DNA of 64,000 nucleotides from positions 1-64,000 of the forward strand of contig CT868017.1 of the NCBI GenBank assembly GCA_000165425.1, given 5' to 3'. This DNA is from Paramecium tetraurelia (taxonomy: Eukaryota). Positions 1-14,499 of the stretch are shown one piece after another. A program made the translations under genes and the position numbers. Below the pieces are notes generated by a model. It worked only from the letters and a program-made list of their open reading frames with translations. It had not been told where the DNA came from and ran no database searches. Numbering within the stretch: position 1 is the first letter of the stretch; each line of letters starts with the position of its first letter.

Positions 1-1399
1 GCTTTAGAATCAGTTACCATACTTTTCTATTCGAAAATAATCTAAACGAAAATTTGCAGAAAGATATTATTTCACTTCTCCAACTCTATAATTCCAGAAA
101 CTTTCACAATTAAGTTATCTAATTAGGTTAATTTAATTTTTGCAGCCTTAAATTCTGATAGATACAATGATCTGGATTATAAATATCATTTTTATGGTAA
201 AAAACAATATTAACTTGGAATTGTTAGCAAATGGGCTTAATACTAAAAATTCCAAATTAAACAATAGTGTGATAACTAAAGAAACAACAATCATGTTGAA
301 GATGGAATAAAGTCATTATTATTTTGAACATTAAGAAATTTATAATTGGAGTAATGATCTGGAGTTTTAAAAAAAGAATGATTTAAACATTGATTTCATC
401 AATAGGATAAAAGGAGAAATGATTCAATAGAAATTATATTATGAATCGAGTATTAATGAATAAGAAATAATCTTATATATAGTATTTTATGTAAACTCTA
501 AGGTTGCGAAAGTCTAAAATCTTGCTAATCTTCTTTAATCCATTCTTTTACATTAATAGTAAAATTAAAAGCTAAAGACAATTTAATTAAATTTCTTCAA
601 TAAAATTTAAAAGTAATAGGTCGGCTTTGAAATTATTGATGACGAAACTTTTTATTGCCTTTTATTAGACTTCACATTTATCTCCTAAGTTTGCAAATCT
701 GAAATACATTCTTAGCTCCAATTATAATATTAATTTTCAATGCAGAAACTGTAGATAAAATAGGTATAGATTGTGTTATGCGTACATCTGATCCTAAATT
801 GAGGATATCAAATATGTGAATCAGGTTTTGCAAGACTAATTCAGATATTAGTAGTACTTATTTCTATGATATTGACACTTACAAATCTAATTCATAATGC
901 CTTCATTGCTCACACTCAAGATTCAAATTCGTTTGATTGTACTTCTTGAACAAGAGAGCAGTCAATTTTTAATTAATTGCAATGTTGAATATTATGATGA
1001 AATTATCAAATTAATTTTACAATTTTGATGCATTTCTTTTTTATAAGGTTCAATTGTTTATCTGGCTATTTATGCTGATTATCAAACGAGTTGACTTAAA
1101 ATGATATTTTGAATAGAGTAGGACTCACTACTCATGTTTTATTGATAATAAATAAATATCACTTTTTATAAACCTAATTGAAGCCTTAAATACAACTAGT
1201 ATTTCGTTGTAAATTAAAGGGATATTTAGATAAAGAATATAATGATAGGATCATCATTAGCTTAGATTCTGAATAGTGCAAAAGTAACAAAATAATCTAG
1301 AAGAAGGTGCAGTTGGAGCAAGGTTGGCTAGTACGTAGAAGGATATAACTATCAGATTAAGATGTTCCAAATCAATTGGAAAAGAACTTCAATTATATG

Positions 1400-3420
1400 A
1401 AAATCTATGTATTTTGACCTGAATGATGTAGAGAATTAGATGATAGAGTTACTACTGAAAAAGTAAGCCCTATTTGAAAAAAAATTAGATGACAAGGTGT
1501 GTAATGAATAAGAGAAATAACTGGTTACAGAATGAGATTTTCCCTATTAGACTAAAAATTAATAAAAAAAAATGGAGGTGAAATAAACTATGAGGGATGC
1601 TTTAAATACATCAAATTTATAGTAGAACAGGTGAATGGTGATGAATCTTCCAGATCTAAATAGATGGAGTTTTTCTGCTATTTGATTTTATTACCTTTTA
1701 AGGAAATAGATGTACTAAAACAGTTATTCTACCTATGTCCTTCCTTACATATTCTGTCAAATCTACTCCCTCCATAAAAATTAGAGATAATTGAGAGAAG
1801 TATATAGGGAAAGAAAATAATCATCTCATCATCATATTATTAATATTACCATTAATTATTTTCTTTTTGAATTCATTTTTAACTGCACCTTAATAACATT
1901 AATTCTTACTCCATAATTTATGCAACATTTCCACCAAATTCCTGAAATTAAATATTTAATACAAAAGGACAATCTGTTTTCATCAAATTCCACATCCGAT
2001 TACAAAAACCATTCTATTTTTGTTTCTGCTCAACTTAAGAATAAAAGAATTAGAACTGCAATAAAATCAAAATTCACTCCATATGTAAATTAAATATATA
2101 TGGGGTAGTTTGGTGGTTGGTTAAGGAAGATAAATTTATTTAGACCTACAACCTTCCCTTCTAAGTAAATATCTCCTTATTCATTTTTAATTCCACCCCA
2201 TAAAAGTTGAACTCCTTTAAATTGAATTTCAATGACAATACCATAGTTCTTCCATTATTTGAAAGCCCAATCCATTTTATAACATTATGTAATTTTCATG
2301 GCTTCTTCCAAGAGTCCATATCTAAAGTTTAAGGATCAAAGTTTTTTCAGTCTCATTTAGGAAGAAGGCATATCTCTATTTTTGTAGATCAACATAATTT
2401 TAGATTGGTTTTGTGAAATTTCCATCATCTATGATATTTATATACCTCCAGAACTACACATCATATAAGTAAATCACCACCTTGATGATACAGTGATTAT
2501 TTAAATTAATGAGAATTCAAGAATCTAAGTACCTTTTTTATTTTTATTATTGAGTCTCACTTTCCATTCTGTTTAGTATTGATGAAAAGTACATATTCTT
2601 AGAATTCTTTCTTCTATTTAAGAACCTTAAAAGAAGGAGTCGGATTCACTTAATCTATTAGTATGTTCTCAAGAGTATTTCTAATTTCACTCCTTTATTC
2701 ATTATCTCACTAAATACTTTGTCTAATGTTACTCTCCAATTCACTTAGTTCACGAGTTAGGAATCTAGTTCTATCTCATAGGCCTCCTTAAGTTAGTCTA
2801 TAAATTTTCTCTTCATATTAACCAGAATAAGATTGCCATTCCATCTCAAAAATGCAATAGAGAATTACTATGGGGATGGACAATGTCGGGGATTAACTTG
2901 AAAAAATATCATTCTTATAATATAAATACCATTCTCCAGCTCTTTATAATTCCTAGATAAGTTGCTCAACAACTTTATTGAAAGAAAATATTAAATATTA
3001 AAGTCTGTTTTATTTAAAATATTTCTGATTGACTCTGATCTTAAATTAATCTAAGACGGGTTATTATTATTTTCTATCATAAATTACAAATTAAACAATT
3101 TTAAATGAAGATTTAATTTTTTAACTATTTTTCCTTTCAACACTCTCTTCCCTAAAGATTCTTGTCTTTCTGGCTAAGTAGTGGATCTGTAAAAAATGTT
3201 ATTCTCTTCCTTAAAATCAATGTTATGGGGGATTTAAAAGGGGCACTATCAATTGTTTAAAATTGGACTAACTAATTTCTATTCAAAAGGATGAAGGCAT
3301 AGCCTAAACCATGCCTAAGCATTAATCCTTTGTATTCATATTGTAAATAGTAGTTTCCACAATTTATTCCCAAGACTCCTTATTGTCACCATCAAATCCA
3401 TATTTATTCTGGCCATTTTA
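1400..3420 (-). pseudogene. Decayed protein-coding remnant, family not recognised
   Basis: Long coding-like minus-strand stretches (e.g. GQNKYGFDGDNKESWEQIVETTIY, ELQRAGEWYLYYKNDIF) broken by scattered TGA stops and frame changes; boundaries approximate. Confidence 0.3.
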
Positions 3421-4712
3421 ATTTCAATCAGGTTATGCCTCTTTATGTCAACCATTAAAAAGAAAAATCAAATCCTAATTACGGTGAGTCATAATTAGCT
3501 GGATCTGATTAATTTTTTTTCTTAAAAAAATTTTTAACAAAAAAAAACTACAAACAAATATTATTTTAATAGGTAGAAACATTATATTATCAAAAAAAAT
3601 TACACCCCTTTCAGGGTATTTATTAGAATAATTAAAGATACTTCCTATCTGGGTCTAAAATTAATAATCAAAAAAAACAGCTTTATCCATAAAACATTAC
3701 AAAAATACAACTTATTTCTACAACAATAAGAGATAATGAAACTTATTCAAAATGTGCATATGAAAATTGTGTCAGATTCAACCACCTAAACTTTGTAAGT
3801 CGAAAATCCAAAGATATATGAATTAGTTAAATAAGGGAAAAGATCACAGCATAATGCTGTTTTAGATTTTCGAAACAAAATCCAACTTCATTTTCTTAAT
3901 TGAATAACCAGAAATACTAATAAAGAATTTTGGGGATTATCATTTAACTTATAAATGAAATCAAATTTTCTTTTGTTTATGAATAATAATAAATACTCGA
4001 TTTAATACTTACAAAAATGGAATTAATTGATTCTTGGGAGTTTATTTTTTATAAATAAGCTTTTTTATGTATGTGCTGTATTTAAACTACCAATTTAATG
4101 ATTAAATAAAAATAATAACAATTGACTTCAATTATAATTAGATGAAACACATTTAGACTTTAAATTTTTGTGCATAAGTGATTAATTCTCAGATTATTTA
4201 ATATATTTCCTATGACCTTAAAAATTCAGGTAAGATAAGATCCAAAACTTTAACCTTCAAAAAATTCTGATTAAAATTCAAATACTCTAAAAAATTCTAA
4301 TTCTGCCTAAAACTGCAGAGTTAAACTATTTTATTGAGATAAGAACAATTAATTTCTTATAAATGATTGAGCCAAAAAATACCAAAGGATAACTAAATAT
4401 CTTTTGAGAATGCAAGCAATCTCAGGTTTTAGAAAAATACCCAAGTATTAATTGTTAAGACACTAAATTAGTTAATGTAAAAGAAATAATTCCTTAAATA
4501 TGGATTAGAATCTTTAAACTTCAGTCTAATGTAGTTCTTATTGGTATGAAATTAGCAAGAGTACTTAATATTGTTTTATATAATAACTAAAACATAATAA
4601 AATTCTAAATTTAAGTATGATTTAGATTTTATTTTTGAAACAATCTTATTTAAAGATTAAATTAATTTTTTCATTAATAAATTTTTCCCTATATATAATA
4701 TGAAAATCAAAA

Positions 4713-7700
4713 TCATGCCATTAATCCCAAAAGACCGAGTGAAATAACTGACAAGATGTAAGCACTGTCGGTGGTAGTTGTTCCATTATCTGTGTTGTTG
4801 TTAGTTCCATTTGAATTGTTTGGATTGACAGATCCTGAAATACAACTTTCACATTTATTAGTAGCGGCATTCCAACTATAAGTGTAAGCTGATTTAGTGT
4901 AGCAAATCTTGGAGTCAGTCATGGTTCCTGGATCAGCAGCAGCGCATTTTCCGCTTTAGAGAACACAAACAGTGGATGAGGCTCCATCGAAGCTTGGAAT
5001 TGGTTGACAATCAGTTCCTGTCGCAAAGGTATCACAAGCGTGATTAGCACAAGTTGTTCCTGTTGAGTTTTTCAGTCCATCTGCATGTTTTGTTGGTTGT
5101 GCAAGCCAATTTGTCTTTGGTAGCATCGGCACATGCGGTGAAGGTCTTGCATGTTCCATTAACTTTGTCAGTTCCAGTAGGAGTGAAAGCACAAACAGTT
5201 GATTTATTGTTTTCTAAACCACCTCCGTTACATGATGTGATGGTCTTATAAGTTGAGCAAGCAGCCTTGGCAATGCAACTAGTTCCATTGGAAACACAAT
5301 TCTTTCCTGCAATAACACCCATACAATTAGCATTTGATGTTCCTCCAGTGATATCTTCACATTGCTTTTATCTGCATGTCTTTGTTCCTGTAGTAGCTCC
5401 AACTGGTAATGCGAAAGTACATTCTCCGTCAGTTCCTGTGAAACATCCAGCTTCAACATAACTTGAGCAAGCAGCCAATGGAATACATTTTGTTCCATCA
5501 GTTGTGCATGATCCTCCAGTTACTGAGATAAGTTTGCATTAGTCGTTTGTACCCTTTTATTCATCTCCACATTCCTTCAATTTGCAAGTATTAGCAGTGG
5601 CGTTCCAATAGCAGATACCATCAGTTCCAAGATTATTGCAAGCTGTTTATGTCTTGTAGGTACCACAAGCTGCTTTAGCAATACAAGCAGTTCCATCAGT
5701 AATACAGGTTGGTCCATATGAGAGACATTCATCATTGGTGGCAGCAACGGCATCAGTACATTATCCGAACTTCTAGCATTTTCCAGTTGGTAACCATCCG
5801 CAAGCTCCATCAGTTCCGACGACGCATGAGGCCTTCAATGTTGTGCTGGCACAGTTGGTAATTGGAATACATGTGTCTCCATTGGTTGTGCATAATGGTG
5901 AGAAACCTTAGCATTCAGTGTGTGTCTTCTTGATAGCATCTTCACATCTGTCATAATCATAGCATTATCCATTAACCCAAAGGCATGGTCCAAAGTTGGA
6001 TTTAATACAGAACAATTTATTAGAGAATTCAGTACATGAGGTTCCAGCAACACAACTTGATCCATTGGTCTTGCAACCAGAGAGGAAAGTGTTACATTCA
6101 TCATCTGTTAAACCGTTCTTGTCGCCGCAAACTCTAGATCTGCATTTATTTGTTGCAGTATCCCAACCACATCTTCCTACTCCGTCCTTGGTTGTTGAGG
6201 CAGCAATACAGATTGATTAAGTCTTGTATGATGGACATGTTGTAATGGTCAAGCAACCAGCTCCAGATGTAGTACAATTATCAGCAAAGCTTTAACATTA
6301 GGCATGAGAAGCGATTGTTGCTGGTTAATCTTCACAAACTTAGGCTCTGCATGTTGAGTTAGATTCAGTCCAAGCACAGAATTTACCATTGACTTTAGAA
6401 TTGGTACATTATGAGTAACTGGTGTTATTATAAGTGGCACAAGTGGTAATAGAAGCTGTACATTAATTGGGCCCCATGTGCATTCTGGTCTCTTAATTTA
6501 CAAGCAGCTTATGATGTCAAATTACTGCAGTTCTTAGTAGCTGTACATCCATAACCTGTTGTTACACAATCCTTATGATATTTCTAGCAATCAGCGTCAG
6601 TTGCAAGTGTATTTGGTGCTTCTGTGCATACTCTCTTAGCGCATGCTCCCTTGATTGTTCCTACTGTGGTAGCTTTGCATGGTCCATCTTTAGCCAAATA
6701 ATTTGGACATGTTTCTTCAGTTCCATTGAAGGTACTGCAATTCTTTCCATAATCAATGCAACCAGTTCCATCGAAGACGCAGAAAGGATCATCTGTAGTC
6801 TTGAATGGTAACATTCCGTCATTACAATCCTTATTGTTTTTACCAGCAATATCACTGCATTTCTTCTTTGCACAAGTAGCTGTAGCTAATGCGGTTGAAG
6901 TATTCCAACAATAATCTTTTCCTGAGCTTCCCAAGAATTTTGCACAAGTAGCTTAATCTCCTTTAAATCCACCACATTACGATGTTGCATCTATACATCC
7001 TGTACCCTTTGTAATACATCCTTTCAGATAAGCAGCACAATCGGTATCTGATGAGGCTGTAGTGTTATCAGCACAAGTTCTTGGTTTACATTTTGCAGTA
7101 GCTGTATTGGTAGCATCACCAGAACAATATTCATAAATTGGATTTTTATTTGCATCTAATCCAATGTATTTTTTGAATTATTCACATTACTATTTAGTTC
7201 CTCTGTATGATGTGCATGGTTCTGAATTTGGAATACATCCTGTTCCACGTGTGACACATCCGCTCAAATAAGAATCACATTCAGAATCAGATGTTGCTGT
7301 AACATTATCATAGCATTTTTTATTTGTACATGCTGCAGGTGTAGTAGAAACAGTAGCTGTTAGTTTACATTTATCTTTTCCTGAACCATCTAATAAGAGA
7401 TTGCAAAATTCTGTGGAACCATTAATTGTATTACATGCAGTAGTTGCAGCAACGCATGCTTAACCGTTTGTCTTGCAAGATTTGAGGTAACTTGAACAAT
7501 CAAAGTCAGTATAGAATGTTTTATCACCGCATGTTCTGTCTTTACATTTTCCGGCTCCAGCGTCCCAAGCACATAAATCTCCTGATGAATTCAAAACTCC
7601 TTCACACCATGCTTATTTGGCTGTATCATCAGCACCTTATACTGCGTAAGCTCCACAAGTAGTTTTAGCGATGCATTTACTTGAATAATAGAGACAATTA

Positions 7701-10700
7701 GCTGCATTATTAACACAATCTGTAGCACTGGCATCATTATCAGTACATACTTAGGCCTAACATTTTTAAGCAGCAGAGGAATCTACAATACATGGATAAT
7801 CATCATTAGATTTAACAGATTTACATTAAGTTGCTTCAGAACCAGCTGCTGGTGTATATGAAGAACAAGCACCAACAACAGCACACTTAGTACCGTTAAC
7901 AAATGTGCATTATTTATCAGATGCGTCAGCTAATGCTTTGCATGCAGCTAATTTATCTGTTGCATCTGTCACATCATATGTACTGCATGCATCTTCCTTC
8001 ACACAGTAAGCACCAACTGCATAAGTACATGCTTCTGAAACTGTTATGTTTGAACAGTATGATCTTTTATCATCTGCTGTAGTTCCAACAGCTGGAACTT
8101 TTGCACAAGCAAGCTCCTTATTTACACAGGTTCCTTTGAAATAAATACATTTTAATTTATTTGATGAAATGTCACAATCAACTTAAGATGTTGGACTTGA
8201 AATATCTTTACAATCAAAATCTCTACATTTTGAGTCTCCGGCTGTAAAAGTACATTTCTTACCAGTGGCATTTATTTTACTATTACAATAAGTTGATCTA
8301 GCTGCATCGCCATCTGGCACAGTATATGAATCACAGTTTCCTGCAGCTACGCAAGCTGTTTAAGTTGTTGCATGGAATTCATCATATGTGCAGAATACAC
8401 TTGCTCCATCTTATGAAAAAACTTAGCAATAAGCTGTTTTTGCACTACCTGCCAAACTTGCAACGTCACTAAAAGGAACTTTAGCTAAGCTAGCACAGTC
8501 TCCTGCACCAGTAACAACACCTTTTGGTGTTCTGCATTTATTAGCTGAGAATACACATCCAATTAAATGTATATCACAATCTCCTTAACTAGCTGCACCT
8601 GTAATGTCTTCACAAGTACCATCTTTACATTTTGCATTATCATCTTTGATACAATATTTCGTTTTATTTTTAATTGATTGTGTAATACAAAATGTATCGG
8701 TTGTTTTAGCTGCTCCATCAAAATTAGATCCAGACCAAGAAGTAGCTATTGCAACAGAAGCACAAGCAGTAACTGTTCCAGCTTGGCAACCTGAGCCATC
8801 AGGTTTTATTTCGCAATATGCATCTCCAGTTTTGAAAATTGACTTACAATAAATAGCCTTTTTTGTATCTGTGTCTAAATCAGCTGGGAAACTTGTTGGA
8901 CAAGCGGCAACTGATGCATAACATTTTCCGGAATAATAATAACATCCTGCTGTTTTGCTGTCGCAATCTTTCTAACTTGTAGCTGAGGTGATAGCAGAGC
9001 AAGCCAATGCTGCACATGTATTACCAGTTGACCATGTACATCCAGTATATGTAGCAGTTCCTGCACCAAAATTACTTATATTATTAACAACTTTCAACGA
9101 TTCGCAAGCAGTCTTTTTATTAGCATCACTTAGTGATGAATCTAAGGTGTAACTTGTACAAGCAGCAACAGTTGATAAGCAACCTGTATTACTCGCTTTT
9201 TAGCATATTCCACTACCATAAGCTAAAACATCATTACAGGCTTAAGCAGTTGTTTAAGAAACTACTTTTTCACAAGTACTCTATTAAGTACAAGTTGCTT
9301 CTCCAGTTTTGAATGAACAAAATACTCCATCTGTATTCACATATTTCTAACATTGTGTTAATTTTTTAGCATCTGTATCAATTCCAGTGGGGAATGCATA
9401 GGTGCAATCTGATTTATTTGGTAAATAACAAAATGTTCCTGCTAATTTGCATGTATCAGTTGATGCAGCACTTGAAACACCCTTTTATAAATAAGCAACG
9501 CATGTTAATGATGTAGTAAATGTGCTCAAGAATTAATCACAAGTTCTAACCGCACACTTTGTTCCTGAGGCCCAACCACAAACATACCCAGTGCTATCTT
9601 TGATAGTTGTACAATAATCAAACTTTTATTAATCAGATGTGGCAGTATCAGGGGTAGAGTAACTAGTACAAACACCTGCATCAATGCATGGAGATCCAGC
9701 CTTTAAGAATCTACAAGTTGATTATATAATCTGTGCAATCAGAAGCTTACTAAGGACTTGCTTTGTCTGAACATACTCTATCTGCACAGGTATCGTATCT
9801 TGTGCACCCAACTTTTGTCCAAGATGGAGATAATCCACCGCTAAAATTGGGACAAGTAGCAACAGTTCCTTATTACGCAGAACACACTCTTGCAGATTTA
9901 GCAGCACAACCTCCTTCAGATTTTGCTATACATCCTGTCAAGAAAGCCTCACAATCTTCGTCTTTTGTGGCTGTTGTATTATCTGTGCAAGCTCTAGTTG
10001 TGCAAGCACCTGATGTTGATGTTCCAAAGCAATATTTTGAACTATTGCTTCCTACAATTGCTGACTCACAGAATGCAGCAACACCTGTGTAACTTCCACA
10101 AGTTGTGTCTCCAGCTTTAGGATCGACACAACCTCCATTGCCATTATAGACACAACCATCTAAAAATGATCCACATGAACCATCAGTCTAGTTTTCTGCC
10201 AATTTGCATGTTTTAACTTTGCAAAAATCACTATCAGTTGCACTTGCACTATTGTAGCATTAATTTGTTGTAAAGTTAGTACTTGATCCGTTCTTATAAG
10301 CAAATAGTTTATTGCAATTTTCCTAAGTTCCTTTCATTGATGAGCATGGAGTATTGTAATCAACACAACCTTTTCCACTACTAATACATCCAGGTAAGAA
10401 AGTAGCACATGTAGCATTATCTGTTGCATCTGTATTATCTGCGCATTTTCTTGACACACAAGGAGTTGTATCTGTTGCTGAGGCGACATTGGTACAGTAT
10501 CCTGGATAACTCAAACATGTAGATTATGTTCCAACAAGTTTGCCACAGTCATATTTGGTTATGCAAGCATCAACTCTATTACTAATACATGTTGATAGTT
10601 CTGCTGCACAATTTGCATCAGTGTTGTAATAGGCTCCGGTTAAATCTGAACAAGCCAAATCTTTGCAAGCATTATTCAACCAACCACATTTTCCTGTTAC

Positions 10701-12314
10701 ATAAATGTATAATGGATTTCCGTTTTCATCATTTTTATCGAATGTTTTAATTCTTGCTTAATTTGCTAAACAAATTGATTTTTTCTTAAAATCAGAGCAT
10801 TATGTATTACTAGTACATATTGGTTACCATGAGCAATTATTTGTACCTTCACAACTTTATTATTTGACAGTTGCATCACATGTAGTTTATGAAACACATC
10901 CAGATCCAGTTGTAACACAATTAGTGAAATAATTAGCACAAAGTGGGTTGGTATTTACATTACTTGCTGCAGAAGCACAATCTCTAGCGACACATTTGGT
11001 TCCACTCTTCCATGTACATTTTCCTTCAGTTCCTACTCTAGATTAGCAACTTGTGGTATCTCCATCATAAGTAGTACAAGATTTCAAGTTAGTCTTTGTA
11101 ACACATCCTTTTCCTGTAGTAACACATCCAACTTAATATTTGGCACATGCATCGTCTGTTGTAGTTGTATCTGGAGCTTCGTCACAAACCTTTGGTGCAC
11201 AAGCAGCTTCAGTAGTTGTACTTGTTCCTTTGCAATATCCATCAGTACCAATATAGACGGCACAAGTGGTGGGCAGTTCCTTTATATGTATTACAAGCTG
11301 ATAAAGCTGACACACATGCTTTTCCGTTTGTTTTACAACTGCTTTAATATTATTTGCAAAGATCATCAGTATTGAATGCACCATTTTCACATTTTCTTGC
11401 TCTACATTTAGAACCTCCAGCATCACCTTCACAAACTCCATCTGATCCAATATATCCAACACATGTAGTGTTATCACCTGAATAGGTTGAACATAATGGT
11501 TTTGTTGTTGCCAAAAACACATCCTTTTTCCTGTAGTGATACATCCTCTTTAATAGGCCTTACAGTCATCATCAGAAGCTAATGATGTTGGTGCATTTGC
11601 ACATTCCTTTGCTTTACAGTTAGTTGTTCCGGTTGCTAATTCACAATTTCCATCTGATCCAATGAATGATTAACAAGCAGCATCATCTCCAGTGTATGTA
11701 GCACATGCAGGTCTTGGAGCATTAACACAACCTTAACCTTTAGTCACACAACCAGCTAACCAGCTTGAACATTTAGCATCAGTATTTAAGGTAACATCAG
11801 CCTCTGAGCAAGCATAATCTCTGCAAGCTCCAGCAGTTGTATCCCATTTACATTTCAAAATTCCTGAGATACTTGGAGTAGACTCACATTATTATTATGT
11901 GTAAGCTTTACACTCTTTAGCCTCAATACATGAATTTCCGTCACTAACACAAAAATAAGATATAGCTTAGCAATCTGTTGTCGTAGTTTTAACATATGCT
12001 GGGCATCCAGTAAAATGAGTACATTTGGATTCAACGTAAGCACATCCCAAAGTTTTAGCACAGTTGGTTTCAGGCTTATCAACAAGTTCGCAATAAGGTT
12101 TGAATGAAGCAACTGGATCAACTGTTGTTTTCTTTTAGCATTTTGCTGCTGTTGTTCCTGAAGCAGCTACCCATTCACAAGCTCCTGTTACTGAAACTTC
12201 TTATTCACAATCATTCTGTGATTTTAGTTATCCACAATCATTACATCTGTTTGTGTATTAAACTTGCTATGCTAAGACCATAGCTAATAAGCAAATGAGG
12301 AATAAATTCTTCAT
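4713..12314 (-). CDS. Variant surface (immobilization) antigen, D-type/51D-like, ~2530 aa, GPI-anchored; reading frame interrupted by several +1 insertions in this sequence
   Basis: Code-6 translation starts MKNLFLICLLAMVLAQQVQYTNRCNDCGQLKSQNDCE (signal peptide), continues with Cys/Thr/Ala-rich periodic repeats and ends in a GPI-signal-like tail TTTTDSAYILSVISLGLLGLMA-TGA. No introns and no near-identical central tandem repeats were seen. Frameshifts at ~11527, ~11515, ~11272, ~9722, ~6470-6492 and ~5070. The D-type assignment rests on size and recollection. Confidence 0.93.
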
Positions 12315-14499
12315 TAAAAGTATTGATATAACTTTTATAATTAAGGCTGATTAAATAGTTTTTTAGATATTAATTTTATTTAAATTTAGAAAGATGTAAT
12401 TTTTTTATTTTTATAATTCTATAGAATTCAATTTTCAAATTAATTCTGATAATTAATATTAATATTTAAATTCTCAAAACAGGTTCTGAACATTAGATGT
12501 GATTGATGTTCATGAAAATAACTTAGATACCCAATCAACCAATTATTATATCAAAATATAAATGCTATGAACGAAATTAGATGAGATTCTGTAGACTAAT
12601 TATTGATAGAACTAACATAATTTAGGGAGAAAGAAAAAATAAGTTAGTAGCATGTGTCTTCCTTGGTTTTCTTTCTTATCACACCAGGATTAGAACAAAA
12701 AATACTAAATTCAAGAGAATTGAGGAAATCAACAATTTTTAATAAATGCCAATTATGAATAAATAGTAAAAGAGCAGAGAAGATTTTATACTAAAATGAA
12801 AGACCTTAGGCTTAAGATAGAAACCTGAAAATTTTATAAGAAGTATTTACAACACTTAAAACAATTTTTTTAATTCTATCTGTTATTTAATTACGTGATG
12901 ATATTACAAAAGCTGCATCTTAATATAGTTTTTGATGTTGGAGTCTATTATATGAATAAACAGTCATTTAAGCATCTAATCTAATATTATTAAGTTAAAT
13001 TATAAATATCCATGCATAATCAAAATTAGAAATAAAATGTTTTTAATATTATTTATAAATATTGTAATTATTGTTAGCCGAAAGATACGAGTACACAATT
13101 ATGCCTGATATCACTTCAACAAGGAAGGATAGCCCAAAAAAATATCAAAAATTAATCATCAAGTTCGAAACATCAATCAAAAATTTTATAGTCCTATAAA
13201 TCATTAGAATTGAGTTTTTAATGAAGAAACTTGATTTCAATTTCCATAATTATTGGTTTAGAGTTAAAAGAATTATAATATGTATAAATTCGTTTTATTT
13301 TTTTCCTTACATAAATAATAATTATTATATTTTTCCTTCTTTAATAGCAATCATACTAATAATTCTTTTGTATTTTCTTCTAACCGTATTATTTTCAGCT
13401 TATACTTATAATAGGAATTTCAGAAAATTCATTTTGTTTCTAATTTGAATTATTTTATTAAGTGTAATTAAATTATATTTAAATTAATTAAATTTGCATG
13501 ACCCATTTACTTTATATAGTGAAATTAAAGAGTCTGAATTAAAGACGATAAGATAGTCTCTAAAAAGGCAGGAAGAGTTAGAATCAATTATTCATTCAAT
13601 TATTGGGAATAAAATCAAATAAAAGACGATTATCCAAAGGTCAGAAAGAAAATTAAAAATGGATTATTTCAATTAGATTTTTGGTTAATATTGCAAGGAG
13701 AGTTTATAAAACTGAATATCTATAATAATATTCGCACATTATCTCTGATACCTCAATTCAGAGTTTAGTTTACAAGATTATAATAATCTGTTTGTTAATA
13801 TATAATCAACAAATCCCCAATAGTTAGCCAACCATCCAAATATGCATATTCTAAACCTTCTTTGATTAGATGAAAATTATCTTCATTTATCATACTAAGT
13901 TAATTACGTTATTGAGTATATCGATTTCTGTGGTTTCATCAACTTTTATTTGACATTTTTATATTGATTACAACTCAGAATTGAACGAGATCATTTATGA
14001 TCTATTATTTGAAATCAATAGAGTTATTTTAAATAATTTCTAATTTTTAACAACCAGATTTTTAGTTTGATCTTTTGTTTTTAGAATTAATTATTTTATG
14101 TTATCATTGAAAATTATTTCAACAATATAGTAAAGCATTCCACCACCCCGAATATAATAATTATAAAAAAATCAATTCAAAGAGATGTATTTTTAGACTA
14201 TTTTTCTTATTTCTAATATAAACTATAGACCCCATTTTAATTTAAATGAGTACCAATTATACAATATTGAATGGCCAATAACATTATCAATATATATGAA
14301 TGATATTAATTCAACTAAATACCGGCTTAATCTAGATGGGACCATATTTTACAATTCTAAAGCAAGTTTAATATTTGCTTAAATTGGTGCTTTATTGGGT
14401 TTCATATTGCTTTAGACATATTAATTCACTTATAGAAACCAACAGAAAAAGACCTTAAGAATCTTAGAAGCTAAATTGTTTTAGCATCAAGATGAATTC

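Noticed and set aside
2101..2126. G/T-rich TGGGGTAGTTTGGTGGTTGGTT resembling telomeric repeats
   Set aside because: Not a tandem T2G4/T3G3 array; too short and degenerate
4713..12314. Euplotes-style programmed +1 frameshifting as an explanation for the antigen frameshifts
   Set aside because: The sites lack a consistent AAA-stop motif, and TAA/TAG are sense codons here
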